From contig JBGPGO010000009.1 in NCBI GenBank assembly GCA_041483895.1, positions 108,880-172,879 on the forward strand: a stretch of 64,000 nt of DNA, given 5' to 3'. The translations under genes and the position numbers were made by a program. Below, one piece after another: positions 49,118 through 59,765 of this stretch; positions within the stretch are counted from its first letter, which is position 1; the number at the start of each line of letters is the position of its first letter. The notes beneath the pieces were generated by a model that did not search any database, was not told where the DNA came from, and was given only the letters and a program-made list of their open reading frames with translations. Source of the stretch: Fimbriimonadia bacterium. GTDB lineage: Bacteria > Armatimonadota > Fimbriimonadia > Fimbriimonadales > JABRVX01.

Positions 49118-50839
49118 ATGAAATTGCGAACAATTGGAACCAGCTTCGCGATCCTTCTCGCCTTCGGCATTCTGTCGGCCGGCGCCCAGGACGAGGCTCC
49201 GGTGATCAACCAGTTTGAATTCGATGCCGTGCCCGGTTGGAACAACCTCACCTTCCACGGCAATGAGAGCTTCCTTTTCCAGTACGGAACGATTCCGGAT
49301 GACTTCTTTGGCGACATGGTTGCCGGAACTTTCCGAACCTTTGATACAAAGGAGTTGCTATTCACAGGGATGCTGCGAGATATCGGAGAACGATCCCAAG
49401 CGGGATACGGCAAGCTTGCGTTCGGTGGATCGGAGAGCTACATCCGGTTCTGGTCGGAACGATTTCAGTACTATTCGGATCCGACTCTAGGCGAAGTAAT
49501 CGGCGCGGAGCAGAACTACCGGAAGGCAAAAGGGCATTTCTCGCTTGGAGAGCGCCTTCCCACCGTCGACCTGACGGCATCGGATCGGACAGTCTTCGAA
49601 CCGGACATCGTGCGATTGCGCCCCGGCCCGCCGCAGGATTTTCGGAATTTCCAATATTCCGGCGAAGCAAACTACGCGGTATTCGGCGGGAAATTCCAAT
49701 TTGGCCTCGGCAATTCTCGGTTCGAGGACAACACGGGGTATCAGCCGTCCGGAAATAGCCACAACGTGTCGTTCGGCACGACCCAATCCATCGGCGATCG
49801 GTTTAGCGCCAGCCTGAATATGGCAAACGTATACACAGATCAGGACGGTCTGGGCGGGTCGACTTTGCGAAGCTGGGCCGGATCGGCCACCTGGCTTGTA
49901 TTGCCGAAAGTTGTTTGGCGGGCAAGCGGCCAGATCAATCGAATCCATATCCCGTTCACGGTTTCGCGGTTCGCCAGCCATCGGGATGTGTTCAATACCG
50001 ATGTCAACTGGCGTCCCATCCGGGAATTTGGGCTGCAGGCAGGCTACACACGGAGAAACCTGGAGCGGATTAAAGAGGGTAGCCAAGTCACCCAACGGCC
50101 GGCGATCAATGAAACCTTCGTCACGGCTCGGTATCGGCCTGGCGCCCTTGGTGACCTGATGGCGAGATATCGTACGACCCGTATCATCGACGCGCCGGAG
50201 GCCGATATCAGCGCTTTCGCAAATACCGCGACGCTCTACTATGACCAGGTGGATCGGTTCGACGCGCGATGGAGCAAGATGTTCTGGTACACGACGGATC
50301 TCCATGCGGGCTATCAGTGGTCCAAGAGGAGACACACCGAGAGGGATAGCGAGCTTCGGCTCCAGTCCTTCAATGCGGGCGTGTCATCGGAGTTGAGCCC
50401 GAACCTGAGCTTCCTCATCGACTTTCTGTGGGAAGACTGGAGCGGCAACGGACCGGATTTTGACTCGACCGGCCTCAACACGGGTGACGACGGCAGCGTG
50501 ACATCCGGCGCCGAAAACAGGTTGCTGTTCTCTCAAGGACAATCGGTTACCTTCGGCCTCAACTATCTGCTCAACAATCGAACATGGATCGACGGAACCG
50601 CGGTCGTGTACACCGGCCACGGTGGGGAGCGCGCCCGCAATACATTTGCCGCTATCGACCTGCGGCAAGAGTTCCTGAATGGATTGATCTTTGGAATCGG
50701 CTTCCAGAGACAGGTTTTTACAGACGACTTTGTGGGAGGCAACGACTACGACAGCAATGTCTTCCGCATTACCCTTACTGCCAAGTTCAGTGTTCGAGAA
50801 GCCGGCAAAGGGGAAGGAGAAAATCATGGCGGCAAATAA
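49118..50839 (+). CDS. MtrB/PioB-like outer-membrane beta-barrel
   Basis: Signal peptide; alternating beta-strand pattern; directly follows the decaheme gene. Confidence 0.75.
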   Translation: MKLRTIGTSFAILLAFGILSAGAQDEAPVINQFEFDAVPGWNNLTFHGNESFLFQYGTIPDDFFGDMVAGTFRTFDTKELLFTGMLRDIGERSQAGYGKLAFGGSESYIRFWSERFQYYSDPTLGEVIGAEQNYRKAKGHFSLGERLPTVDLTASDRTVFEPDIVRLRPGPPQDFRNFQYSGEANYAVFGGKFQFGLGNSRFEDNTGYQPSGNSHNVSFGTTQSIGDRFSASLNMANVYTDQDGLGGSTLRSWAGSATWLVLPKVVWRASGQINRIHIPFTVSRFASHRDVFNTDVNWRPIREFGLQAGYTRRNLERIKEGSQVTQRPAINETFVTARYRPGALGDLMARYRTTRIIDAPEADISAFANTATLYYDQVDRFDARWSKMFWYTTDLHAGYQWSKRRHTERDSELRLQSFNAGVSSELSPNLSFLIDFLWEDWSGNGPDFDSTGLNTGDDGSVTSGAENRLLFSQGQSVTFGLNYLLNNRTWIDGTAVVYTGHGGERARNTFAAIDLRQEFLNGLIFGIGFQRQVFTDDFVGGNDYDSNVFRITLTAKFSVREAGKGEGENHGGK

Positions 50840-52025
50840 ATCACTTTGCTCAAAGAGGCTCACCATCGGGTACGGCGCCAGCGTCGCGGTCCTTGCCGCT
50901 GCACTTGTGGTGGGATGCAAGACGGGAGATCTTGTGTCGGGCGGTGGCGACTTCGCACCGCCGGGCACGATTATCTTCAATGACCCATCGCCCATCCCCT
51001 CGGATAACACGCCTCCGACCGCGACAATGCTCGGCAGGGAAATCTGCCAGTCCTGCCACGGTCGATCGACCTCTGCGCATCCGAATGGGATCATCGCGGA
51101 ATGGCTGACGACGCCACACGGAAACGATCCCTCGACACTAGCCGGAAACCTGTTTACGCGTACCGTGGCGGATGGAGACTTTCCGGGCTCACCGTGTTCG
51201 GCGTGCCATACAACTGGGTCGCCGAATTCCGGCGATCCGCTTGGGTCGGTGAACGGCGGCTTCGATACGAGTCAGGCGTATGATTCTGCCCATAATCAAA
51301 AGTTCTGGGGAATCCAATGCGAGGCGTGCCACGGTCCCGGTTCCGCACACGTTGCGGCCGGTGGCGCTCCGAACCTGATCAATCGCGTGCCAAACGCGAA
51401 GAAGACCTGTTGGGGTTGCCATGCGAACGCACCGAATACGAAGGGCGCTACCATCACAGGGCCGGCGACAGATGCCTACATCGCTAAGTACTCCACCTCC
51501 CTGGCGCGTTCCCACGCCGCCGGGGCACTGGCGACCGGTACTGGCGGTTATGAGTATGCTGGAGTTGTGTACAAACACGCTCCACACCCGCAGATTGCGA
51601 ACACATGCCAGACCTGCCATGCGTACCGGATGCGTAATCGCCCAAGCATGGACCACACGACCGTCGCCGTTGCGCCGCAGAAGGAGACCTGCGCTTTCTG
51701 CCACGGCGGAGCGGCCAACGCTTCCGATCTGGGCCATGTCGTTGTCAATCCCCAAGGCGAAACGCTCGAAGAGATCATGGCGGAGATCACCGGATTGATC
51801 ATCCAACTCGGCGGCGTAACGGGGACCGGTGCAATCGATCGGAATGCGGCCGGCGGCGCACTTAAAGCCTATCTCGATGCCGGCGGTTCTAAGAGCGACG
51901 ATAAATACAAGCGCGCCCGCTGGAACCATTCCTATGTCCTGAACGACGCCAGTTTCGGCGCGCACGACTATGACTATGCGAAGCAGCTTCTGGAGACATC
52001 CATCGCGAACCTCCAGGCTCCTTAA
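50826..52025 (+). CDS. Hexaheme c-type cytochrome lipoprotein
   Basis: Lipobox LVVGC; CQSCH, CSACH, CEACH, CWGCH, CQTCH and CAFCH. Confidence 0.85.
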   Translation: MAANKSLCSKRLTIGYGASVAVLAAALVVGCKTGDLVSGGGDFAPPGTIIFNDPSPIPSDNTPPTATMLGREICQSCHGRSTSAHPNGIIAEWLTTPHGNDPSTLAGNLFTRTVADGDFPGSPCSACHTTGSPNSGDPLGSVNGGFDTSQAYDSAHNQKFWGIQCEACHGPGSAHVAAGGAPNLINRVPNAKKTCWGCHANAPNTKGATITGPATDAYIAKYSTSLARSHAAGALATGTGGYEYAGVVYKHAPHPQIANTCQTCHAYRMRNRPSMDHTTVAVAPQKETCAFCHGGAANASDLGHVVVNPQGETLEEIMAEITGLIIQLGGVTGTGAIDRNAAGGALKAYLDAGGSKSDDKYKRARWNHSYVLNDASFGAHDYDYAKQLLETSIANLQAP

Positions 52026-52075
52026 TTGCGATCCTCGGGCGGCGGGGCTTGTCGGAAGGCGAGCCCCGTTCGCTT

Positions 52076-55000
52076 TTAAGTCGGGGCGCCGGCGTCCGAT
52101 GACGGCTTCGGTCGAACTCGAACCATGCTGGCGAATAATAGCGGTCCTACGACCAAGGTCAGGATCGTCGAAAAAGCCAGGCCGCCCATCACCGCGATAG
52201 CGAGCGGCTTCTGCATCTCCGAACCGGCGCCGAGACCAAGGGCGAGAGGCATAAGGCCCAGAATCGCAGTGAGAGAGGTCATCAGGATCGGTCGAATGCG
52301 GGCCTCCCCCGCGTCCATCAGCGCCTGCTCCATATCGGCGCCCTCCTCGAGCGAGCGCTGTGCTCGGTCCAGCAATAGGATGCCGTTCTTGACGACGATG
52401 CCTGCCAACATGATGACGCCCATGAAGGCGGAGACGTTGAGCGCGGTGCCCGTCAGCCAAAGACCGATGACAGCGCCGAACAGTGACAGCGGCATGAGAA
52501 TCAGAATTACACCTGGTGCGACAAACGAACGGAACTGGATAACCATGACCATGAAAACGAGGAGAACCGCTGCTCCCAGCACGAAGGCCAGGTTTGCGAA
52601 CGATTCCTTTTGGCTTTCGAACTGCCCGGCGATAACCGCATTGACGCCGGGTGGAAACTGGGTTTGGCCCAGTACTTTGCGAACGCCGCGTATCGCTGTT
52701 CCCAAATCAATATTTTCCAGGTGAGCGCTGACAGGTACCAGCCGTCTTTGGTCCTCCCGATTGGATTGGGTGGTGCCCGCAATCAGATCGACCTTTGCGA
52801 GGTCCTGCAGCCGGACGCGGCCCGACGGGGTCTGGATCAGGGTGTGCACGATCGCGGGAATATTCGTTCGGAGGGATTCCGGTAGCCGAACCCGTACCGG
52901 GATCTGGCGGTCCTCTTGCAGAACTTCTGTCGCCACAGTGCCGATTAGGGAGGCGTTGGCCTGATCGGCGATCGTCTGTACGGTGGCTCCGCGCCTGCCG
53001 GCCTCCCCTTGGTCCACAGTGAACCGAACCTCCGGCCCATCTTCAATCAGTCCGGACTTAACGTCAACCAACCCCTTGATCTGGCCTAGACGATCGCTGA
53101 TGTCCTGCGCAAGCCGCTCCACTTCTTCCTTGTTTTCCCCGAACAGCTTGATTTCCACCGGGTTCGGATTTCCCGCCAAGTCGCCAATCAGGTCTTGCAG
53201 AACCTGGATAAATTCCACGTCCAGCCCGGGAATCTGCGCCTGGATTTTGGCGCGCACTTCTGACATGATCTCTTCGATATCCCGATGCCGATTTGGCTTG
53301 ACCATAACCGCATAATCGCCGCTATTGCTTGCGGTGATGGCGAACCCGAGCTCTGTCCCAGTTCTGCGTGAGAAGGTCGATATCTCGGGCGTCGCCAAGA
53401 GAATCGCGTCAACCTTGCGGAGCAGCCGATCGCTTTCCTCCAACGACGTGCCAGGAGGGGTCCAATAATCCACGACGAATGCGCCCTCATCCATTGCGGG
53501 CATGAAACCGGTCTCTAGCCGGCCAGTGATAAACCAAGAACCCGCTGCCGTTAGACCGATGATCGGAACGACGAGCCAGCGCCGGGCAAGCAAGAAGCTC
53601 AAATGGTTCTGATAGCCGCCCAGTATCACCATCATTAGCCTGCCCTGCCCATGGTCGCTGGACCGCTTCAAGAACGCGGCGCAGAGGCTGGGGCTTACGC
53701 AGAGGGCAAAAACCAGCGAGACCATGAGGGAGATCGTTAGCGTCAGGGCCAGCGCGCTGAAGAATGCTCCCGCGACTCCGGTGAGAAAGGCGAGGGGAAG
53801 AAACACGACGACCGCCGTGATCGTGGAAGAAACCAAAGGCGCCGTAATCTGGCGGGAGGCGGACTTCACTGCGTCCGCCACCGTGTCAGTGGATGCGAAA
53901 TTCTTGCACACCGCCTCCACCACGACAATCCCCGTGTCGATCACGAGACCAATGCCAATCGCCAAAGCCCCAAGCGTCATCAGGTTCAAAGTTAGCCCGG
54001 CAAGTCGCATGAGTACGAACGAGATGAGCAGCGTTGTCGGAATGATGATTGCTGTGGCAACGGTCGCGCGTACATCCCGAAGGAACATCAGGAGAACCAA
54101 AACAGACAGGCCCGCGCCGATGAGGACGGCATCGCGCACACTCGCCACCGCCTCTTTGATCAGCACCGACTGGTCGTAGAACGTTCTGATCCGTACGTCG
54201 TTCGGAAGGTCCTTTTGAAGCCGTCCAAGCTCCTCGTTAACGTCGCTCACCATGGAGACCGAGTTCGCGCTCGGTTGCCGAATCACATTGAGCAGGACAG
54301 ACTCCGCGCCGTTGGCGGATACGACGGTCGTTTTGTCCTCTTCCGAAGGGACAACATCCGCCACTTGCCCCACGCGGACCGGCCCGCTGTCCTTCTCGAT
54401 CACGACAACATTCTTGATGTCATCCAGCGTTCGCAGCTCACCGTTGACCGTCACCTGAAATCGTTTGAACTCCCGATCCAGCCTTCCGACGGAACGGATC
54501 TCGTTTGCGGACGAAAGGGCATTGACGACATCCGTTGGGGAGAGTGCAAAGGTCTCTAATGCATCGGTTCGGAGATTGACCGCGATCTCGGGCGCCCGCC
54601 CGCCCTGTACAACCACGCGCGCAACGCCGGGCACGCGCGCAAGACGGGGTTTTAGCGTGTACGTGGCGAGATTCCACAGTTCGGTGGGCGTCAGCGACTT
54701 GGAGTTGACCGTAAGCCCAAGGACAGGGAAAACGGTCGGGTTCATACGTTCGACTTCCGTGTGAGTTCCCACCGGAAAGTCCACGCGGACCTCGTTGACT
54801 TTCGCGCTGACGAGCTGTTCGGCGATGATGATGTCCGTATCCGCCGTGAAGTCGACGGAGACTTCCGTCGAGCCGCGCTTGGTCTTGGATCGGATTCGGT
54901 GCACGTTGGGGATAGTTGCGATTGCTTCTTCCATTGGACGAGTGATCGATGCCTCGACCATTTTCACAGGAAGGTCTTCCGTCTCGCCAATCACCACCAC

Positions 55001-55132
55001 GCGGGGAAAGGTCACGTCGGGAAGAATAGAAACGGGGAATGTTGCGTACAGAATCGCGCCGACAACGCAGAGGACGACGGTGATAAAAAGAATCGGCTTG
55101 ATGTAGCCAATTGCCCACTGGGCGATGTTCAA
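52076..55132 (-). CDS. RND efflux permease (AcrB/CzcA family)
   Basis: 1018 aa; LNLMTLGALAIGIGLVID, GIVVKNGILL and RIRPILMTSLT. Confidence 0.95.
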   Translation of the reverse strand: MNIAQWAIGYIKPILFITVVLCVVGAILYATFPVSILPDVTFPRVVVIGETEDLPVKMVEASITRPMEEAIATIPNVHRIRSKTKRGSTEVSVDFTADTDIIIAEQLVSAKVNEVRVDFPVGTHTEVERMNPTVFPVLGLTVNSKSLTPTELWNLATYTLKPRLARVPGVARVVVQGGRAPEIAVNLRTDALETFALSPTDVVNALSSANEIRSVGRLDREFKRFQVTVNGELRTLDDIKNVVVIEKDSGPVRVGQVADVVPSEEDKTTVVSANGAESVLLNVIRQPSANSVSMVSDVNEELGRLQKDLPNDVRIRTFYDQSVLIKEAVASVRDAVLIGAGLSVLVLLMFLRDVRATVATAIIIPTTLLISFVLMRLAGLTLNLMTLGALAIGIGLVIDTGIVVVEAVCKNFASTDTVADAVKSASRQITAPLVSSTITAVVVFLPLAFLTGVAGAFFSALALTLTISLMVSLVFALCVSPSLCAAFLKRSSDHGQGRLMMVILGGYQNHLSFLLARRWLVVPIIGLTAAGSWFITGRLETGFMPAMDEGAFVVDYWTPPGTSLEESDRLLRKVDAILLATPEISTFSRRTGTELGFAITASNSGDYAVMVKPNRHRDIEEIMSEVRAKIQAQIPGLDVEFIQVLQDLIGDLAGNPNPVEIKLFGENKEEVERLAQDISDRLGQIKGLVDVKSGLIEDGPEVRFTVDQGEAGRRGATVQTIADQANASLIGTVATEVLQEDRQIPVRVRLPESLRTNIPAIVHTLIQTPSGRVRLQDLAKVDLIAGTTQSNREDQRRLVPVSAHLENIDLGTAIRGVRKVLGQTQFPPGVNAVIAGQFESQKESFANLAFVLGAAVLLVFMVMVIQFRSFVAPGVILILMPLSLFGAVIGLWLTGTALNVSAFMGVIMLAGIVVKNGILLLDRAQRSLEEGADMEQALMDAGEARIRPILMTSLTAILGLMPLALGLGAGSEMQKPLAIAVMGGLAFSTILTLVVGPLLFASMVRVRPKPSSDAGAPT

Positions 55133-56682
55133 GAACCGGCTCGGCTCTTCGTAGTAACCGGAGCGCCGTCCGACAACTCATGCTGGCCGACCAGAATGAC
55201 CGTATCCCCACGAGCGACTCCGGAAAGAATCGCAACTCGCTCCCCCTCGACAGGACCAAGGCGGACCGATGTCATTTTCGCAACGCCACCCTTGTCAACA
55301 AACACAACGCCGCCCGTGTCCCGAGTGACCACGCAGGCCCGCGGAATAACGACCGCGTCAGGCAGCACTCGCAGGATGATTCGAGCGGTTGCGAATTTGC
55401 CGGTCTCGATCTTCGCCCCCACCACACGAAGCCGCACGGCGGTCATGCCGCTTTGCATGTTGGCGATGCCGACCGCGACAACACGGCCGGAAAGATTTGG
55501 CGAATTGGGGAATTCCGCCGGCATCCCCTCCTTGATCCGCGCCGCCTCTTCCGGCGCGACCTGGCCGACAAAGTCGGTGGTAGAGCCGGAGGAGGCAATC
55601 TCGTAGATCGGCAGGGTCGGATCCGCCATGTCGCCGACGTTCATGAATCGATGTGTCACGGTGCCGGCCATTGGAGATCGAACTTCGCCGTTCTGGACTG
55701 CGGCCTTCGCCGCGACAGCGTCTGCCGCTTTTTCCGCCGCAGTCAACCGCGCCGCCAGCGCTTCCGACCTCTTCGCCTGCACTGTAAGCTTCGCCTCATC
55801 CGCCTGCCGGAGGGCGACGCGGGCCTCGCTGATCTTCTTTGCTCCTAGATCCTTGGCAGAGCGCAGCCGCTCTTCTGCCGCGTGAAGATCCTCCTGCCGC
55901 GCGCCCTCCTTCAGCAGGTCGAGCTGAGATTGGGCCTGTTCGAAGGCGGACTTCGCCAGTTCGTACGCGGCCATGCTGTCATTTGCCTGTCGCGCCGCGA
56001 TGAAACCCTTGCCAAGCAGGTACTGGTCCCGGTCGGCTTCGATCTTCGTTCTGTCGCGCGTGACACGAGCCTGCAGCAAGGCCTGCTCCGCCGTCCGTAT
56101 CTCTTGCGGCCGGGCGCCCGCGCGTGTCCTCTGCAAATCCAGCTCCGCTAGCTTCACGTTCGTATCGCGCTCGGCAATCGCTGTTTCCAGGGCCAGCGTG
56201 GCGGCTTCCAACTGCGATTTCTGATCCGCCTCTGCAGCGCGCAGGCTGCTTTCGATTTGGCGGGCGGACGCCGTGGCGGAGGCAAGCGCCTGGGATGCGC
56301 TTTGCGCCTGCGCGTCCTGGACTCGCGTGTCCACCGAAGCCACAAGCTGGCCGGGGCTTACATTATCGCCTTCGCGCACGAAAACCTTGGTAAGGCGCCC
56401 CGCCACCATCGGCGCCAGCTTAGCGGTGTTGCCTTCGGACAGGACGAATTGCCCATCCAAAGCCAGTGTGTCGTGCACGCTTGTGGTCTCAGCCGTCGCC
56501 ACTTCTACCAGCACGGCCTTGGGATTCGGATCATTGCTTGGGGCAGAATCGCCCTTGGAGCAGCCTGCAGCAGCGAAAATGCCGAACAGCATCGTGGCAA
56601 TCGTAAACGCCCCGACGCTGTATGATGATAGTGCATTGCGCGCTGTGTTTTTAGGCAATTGTCCTGCCTCTGATACGGACAT
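55129..56682 (-). CDS. RND periplasmic adaptor (membrane fusion protein); start uncertain
   Basis: AAGC lipobox, VREGDNVSPGQL lipoyl half-motif, long coiled coil and VRSPMAG. Confidence 0.88.
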   Translation of the reverse strand: MSVSEAGQLPKNTARNALSSYSVGAFTIATMLFGIFAAAGCSKGDSAPSNDPNPKAVLVEVATAETTSVHDTLALDGQFVLSEGNTAKLAPMVAGRLTKVFVREGDNVSPGQLVASVDTRVQDAQAQSASQALASATASARQIESSLRAAEADQKSQLEAATLALETAIAERDTNVKLAELDLQRTRAGARPQEIRTAEQALLQARVTRDRTKIEADRDQYLLGKGFIAARQANDSMAAYELAKSAFEQAQSQLDLLKEGARQEDLHAAEERLRSAKDLGAKKISEARVALRQADEAKLTVQAKRSEALAARLTAAEKAADAVAAKAAVQNGEVRSPMAGTVTHRFMNVGDMADPTLPIYEIASSGSTTDFVGQVAPEEAARIKEGMPAEFPNSPNLSGRVVAVGIANMQSGMTAVRLRVVGAKIETGKFATARIILRVLPDAVVIPRACVVTRDTGGVVFVDKGGVAKMTSVRLGPVEGERVAILSGVARGDTVILVGQHELSDGAPVTTKSRAGS

Positions 56683-56689
56683 TCGGATT

Positions 56690-57241
56690 TTAATGTTCCT
56701 CCGGCAGCCAATCGCGGATCGATTTGGCTGCCAGGAATTCGTCGAGTCGCTTACCTTCTGTCTTCTCAAGCACTCCAGCCACTCGAGCCAGCTCTTCCTG
56801 ATTCTCCAGCCGCCGCTGTTTTCGGTATCTGCCGAGGAGCAGGCGTCGTTTGTCCTCGTCCGTCTCGCAACGCAACGGAGGGACGGGAGCGGGTTTCCCT
56901 TCCGTCAGCGCCACCATCGTCACGTACGAGCTGTTGGTATGCCGCACTTCGCCCGTCTGAACATTCTCCGAATGAACTTCGACTCCGATACCCATCGAAG
57001 TGGACCCGACATAGTCCAGATGAGCCGTTAGATGAAGCAGGTCGCCGACGTCGATAGGCGAAAGGAAATCAACGCGATCGAAGGAGGCGGTGACGCAAAT
57101 CTTGCCGCTGTGCCGGGCGGCGCACACATACGCGGCCTTGTCGATCAGCCCCATCACGTACCCGCCGAACACCTTGCCAATCAGATTCGCATGTTCCGGC
57201 GTCATCAGCTCGGAGATGCGGACAACGCCCTCGCTATTCAT
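56690..57241 (-). CDS. Hotdog-fold acyl-CoA thioesterase
   Basis: PEHANLIGKVFGG...DKAAYVCA...VTAS.D.VDF..PI.VG. Confidence 0.9.
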   Translation of the reverse strand: MNSEGVVRISELMTPEHANLIGKVFGGYVMGLIDKAAYVCAARHSGKICVTASFDRVDFLSPIDVGDLLHLTAHLDYVGSTSMGIGVEVHSENVQTGEVRHTNSSYVTMVALTEGKPAPVPPLRCETDEDKRRLLLGRYRKQRRLENQEELARVAGVLEKTEGKRLDEFLAAKSIRDWLPEEH

Positions 57242-58037
57242 GCTGTGCGCTGAAAACGATCTGCACGAATTCGTCGGCCTCCAGGCTCGCTCCGCCCACC
57301 AGTAACCCGTCAATCTCCGGCTCCCGCATCAAGCCGCCGGAACTGGTTGCCTTCACGCTCCCTCCGTAGAGAATCCGCACATTGTCCGCGGCTTCCGGGT
57401 TCGTGCACTCCGCCAACGTTTCGCGGATCGTCCCGCAGACGCGATTTGCCTCTTTTTCATCGCACACATCCCCGGTCCCAATAGCCCAAACCGGTTCGTA
57501 GGCAAATACAACGCCATACGCCTCGTCCTCGGACACGCTGCCGAGCGCGTTGGTCACCTGGGTCCGAACCACCTCGTCGGTCTTGCCGGCGGCCCGCTCC
57601 GTCGCCGTCTCGCCCACACAGATGATCGGCAGGATCGAATGAAAGAGCGCGGATTGGATCTTTTTGTTGACGGTGTGGTCGGACTCCGAAAAGTAAGCAA
57701 GATATTGAGTTAGGTCCGCATCCGGCGAGCCGAATCTGCCCCTTGCCTCGGAATGTCCGACGATACAGTACGAGACATGAAGGTCGAGCAGCATCGAGGG
57801 AGATATCTGGCCCGTGAAGGCGCCGCTGTCCTCCCAAAACATATTCTGAGCGCCCAATTTTATGTGCGAATCACGGATCTCGTCGTGAACGCGGCTCAGG
57901 GCGGTAAACGGAGGGCAAACGACGACATCGACGTCCGGCCGGTTGTCAACGCGAAGCGCGATCCCCCGAACCAGCGCCACACCCTGGGCGCTGGTCATGA
58001 ACATCTTCCAATTGCCTACGATCAGCGGTACGCGCAT
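57234..58037 (-). CDS. tpiA: Triosephosphate isomerase
   Basis: GNWKM, GHSE, YEPVWAIGTG, LYGGSV and LVGGASL. Confidence 0.97.
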   Translation of the reverse strand: MRVPLIVGNWKMFMTSAQGVALVRGIALRVDNRPDVDVVVCPPFTALSRVHDEIRDSHIKLGAQNMFWEDSGAFTGQISPSMLLDLHVSYCIVGHSEARGRFGSPDADLTQYLAYFSESDHTVNKKIQSALFHSILPIICVGETATERAAGKTDEVVRTQVTNALGSVSEDEAYGVVFAYEPVWAIGTGDVCDEKEANRVCGTIRETLAECTNPEAADNVRILYGGSVKATSSGGLMREPEIDGLLVGGASLEADEFVQIVFSAQHE

Positions 58038-58039
58038 GG

Positions 58040-58498
58040 CTACACCTCCACAAACGTTGGCTCGACTCGAATCTCCACCTTGTCTCGCAGCGTATTCGTG
58101 ACGATGCAATACAGATCCGCCTTGTGGGCCATATCTCGGATCACGTCCATCTGGGCCTCATCCGCGCCCGCAACGGAGATTGTGGGCTTGATCGCGATGG
58201 AAGTGTACTTGGGCAGCGGCCCCGAAGCGTCGACATGGCCGGTTACCTGGCATTGGATGTCTGTAACCGGCAGTTTGCGGTTCTCGCAGATAATGCCGAA
58301 TGTGATCGCGTAGCAGGACGCAATCGCGCAGGTTAGGAGCTGTTCGGGATTGGCCGCCCCGCCGGGGCCCTGAAACTCTTCCGGAACCGCGAGGTTGCAT
58401 CGCACGTGGCCATCTACCGTGGCCACGGAACCGCTGCCGCCTCTCCCCCCATTCCAACTCACTGAAACCGGGTAATCATGATTCTTGGACATGACCAA
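58040..58498 (-). CDS. OsmC/Ohr family protein
   Basis: NPEQLL..AIASCY...YCIVTNTL. Confidence 0.88.
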   Translation of the reverse strand: MVMSKNHDYPVSVSWNGGRGGSGSVATVDGHVRCNLAVPEEFQGPGGAANPEQLLTCAIASCYAITFGIICENRKLPVTDIQCQVTGHVDASGPLPKYTSIAIKPTISVAGADEAQMDVIRDMAHKADLYCIVTNTLRDKVEIRVEPTFVEV

Positions 58499-58557
58499 AT
58501 GGTACCCAACAGGATAGGCCGGGGAGGGGAAACGCCTCCCTTTGCTTCGTTCGTTGG

Positions 58558-59280
58558 TTAGACTTCGTCTTCCGGCGCGGCCTGCTGCATGAACAGGAAT
58601 TTATACAGGACCGCCGCCAACGCCGCCCCGATGAACGGCATTGTGAGATAGATGCCAGCCTGGGTAAGGTTTCCCGCTGCGATCGCCGGTCCCAAGTATC
58701 GGGCGGGGTTCAAGGACGCCCCGGTAATGTTGCCGCCAACCAAAATCGTCGCCATGATGATGCCGCCGATGGCAAAGCCAAAGAACTGCTTGCCCTGGCG
58801 CCTCGAATCCACCGCGCAGGAAAGCACGACCCACGCCAAGACAAACGTAAGGATGGCTTCGGTCATTCCGGCCCGCATAGGGCTGACATCGCCTTCGGAT
58901 CCGCCCACGAAGTTCGGCGTGCCGAAATAAAATGGTTCGAGCCCAGCCATCCGCGGGAACATGACCCGCAGCGCAAAGCCGGCCAAGATGGCGCCGACAC
59001 ATTGGAACGCCATATAAACGAACGCGTACGCAAGGCTGATCTGGCCGGAGATCCACATCGCGATATTTATGGCTGGATTGATGGAAGCGCCGGAAACATG
59101 TGCGGTCCCATACTGTGCGGCCATCATGCCAAGACCGCTCGCTAAAGCGATGATCACGAGGTGGCCCGGCTCCGCGGTGCCGGAAACCGCCAATCCGCAA
59201 ATCGAGCCGGCGCCCATCAAGACAAATATGAATACACCGAACATTTCGGCCAAGCCGGCCTTCAACAGTCCTTGTTGCAT
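58558..59280 (-). CDS. MIP family channel (aquaporin)
   Basis: SGASINPA and GASLNPAR. Confidence 0.93.
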   Translation of the reverse strand: MQQGLLKAGLAEMFGVFIFVLMGAGSICGLAVSGTAEPGHLVIIALASGLGMMAAQYGTAHVSGASINPAINIAMWISGQISLAYAFVYMAFQCVGAILAGFALRVMFPRMAGLEPFYFGTPNFVGGSEGDVSPMRAGMTEAILTFVLAWVVLSCAVDSRRQGKQFFGFAIGGIIMATILVGGNITGASLNPARYLGPAIAAGNLTQAGIYLTMPFIGAALAAVLYKFLFMQQAAPEDEV

Positions 59281-59342
59281 GCGCAGACCTCCTTAAGTGA
59301 ACCTGCTCTCGGTTCGACGAAAACGCAATCGATCCTACCCGC

Positions 59343-59401
59343 AAAAATTCTTAAGTTTTTTTCAAAAACCGCTTGACAAACTGTTTGCTTTCTGCTAAGA
59401 T
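59343..59401 (+). promoter_or_regulatory. Strong sigma-70 promoter with AT-rich UP-like element
   Basis: A/T tracts at 59343-59368, TTGACA 59373-59378, 17-nt spacer ending TGC, TAAGAT 59396-59401. No + strand CDS follows. Confidence 0.85.
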
Positions 59402-59408
59402 AGTCCTT

Positions 59409-59765
59409 GCCGCCGGGGGAAACCTCTGCGGTGCTGGAGAGGGGAAACTCTCGAAGGCGGCCTGAGACGGCGAACGGTTCACTCGTTCTTTCAAGTGTTC
59501 CAACTCCTGTCCTGGCTTTGAGTTCTTCGAAAGAGGGGCTTGGAGTAGACGGAGCGTCTCTCCTAACATCGGGTCGGCGAAAGCTGGTCTGTGGGAGAGA
59601 GATAGCTTGATAGGGATGCAGAACGCAGCCACCGGGCCTTCGGAGAAGGTTCTTTTGCTCGTGACCGGCGGCAACGTTGGTTAGACGAAAGGACTGGAAC
59701 CGGGGACCACCTGATGGTGTGCACTCGCAAACTGACAAGGGACGAGTAACGTCACCTCTCAGGCC
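59409..59765 (+). ncRNA. Unassigned large structured RNA (~360 nt)
   Basis: Five GNRA-capped G-U-rich helices; long closing rod GGCCUGAGA/UCUCAGGCC; dedicated promoter. Confidence 0.8.
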
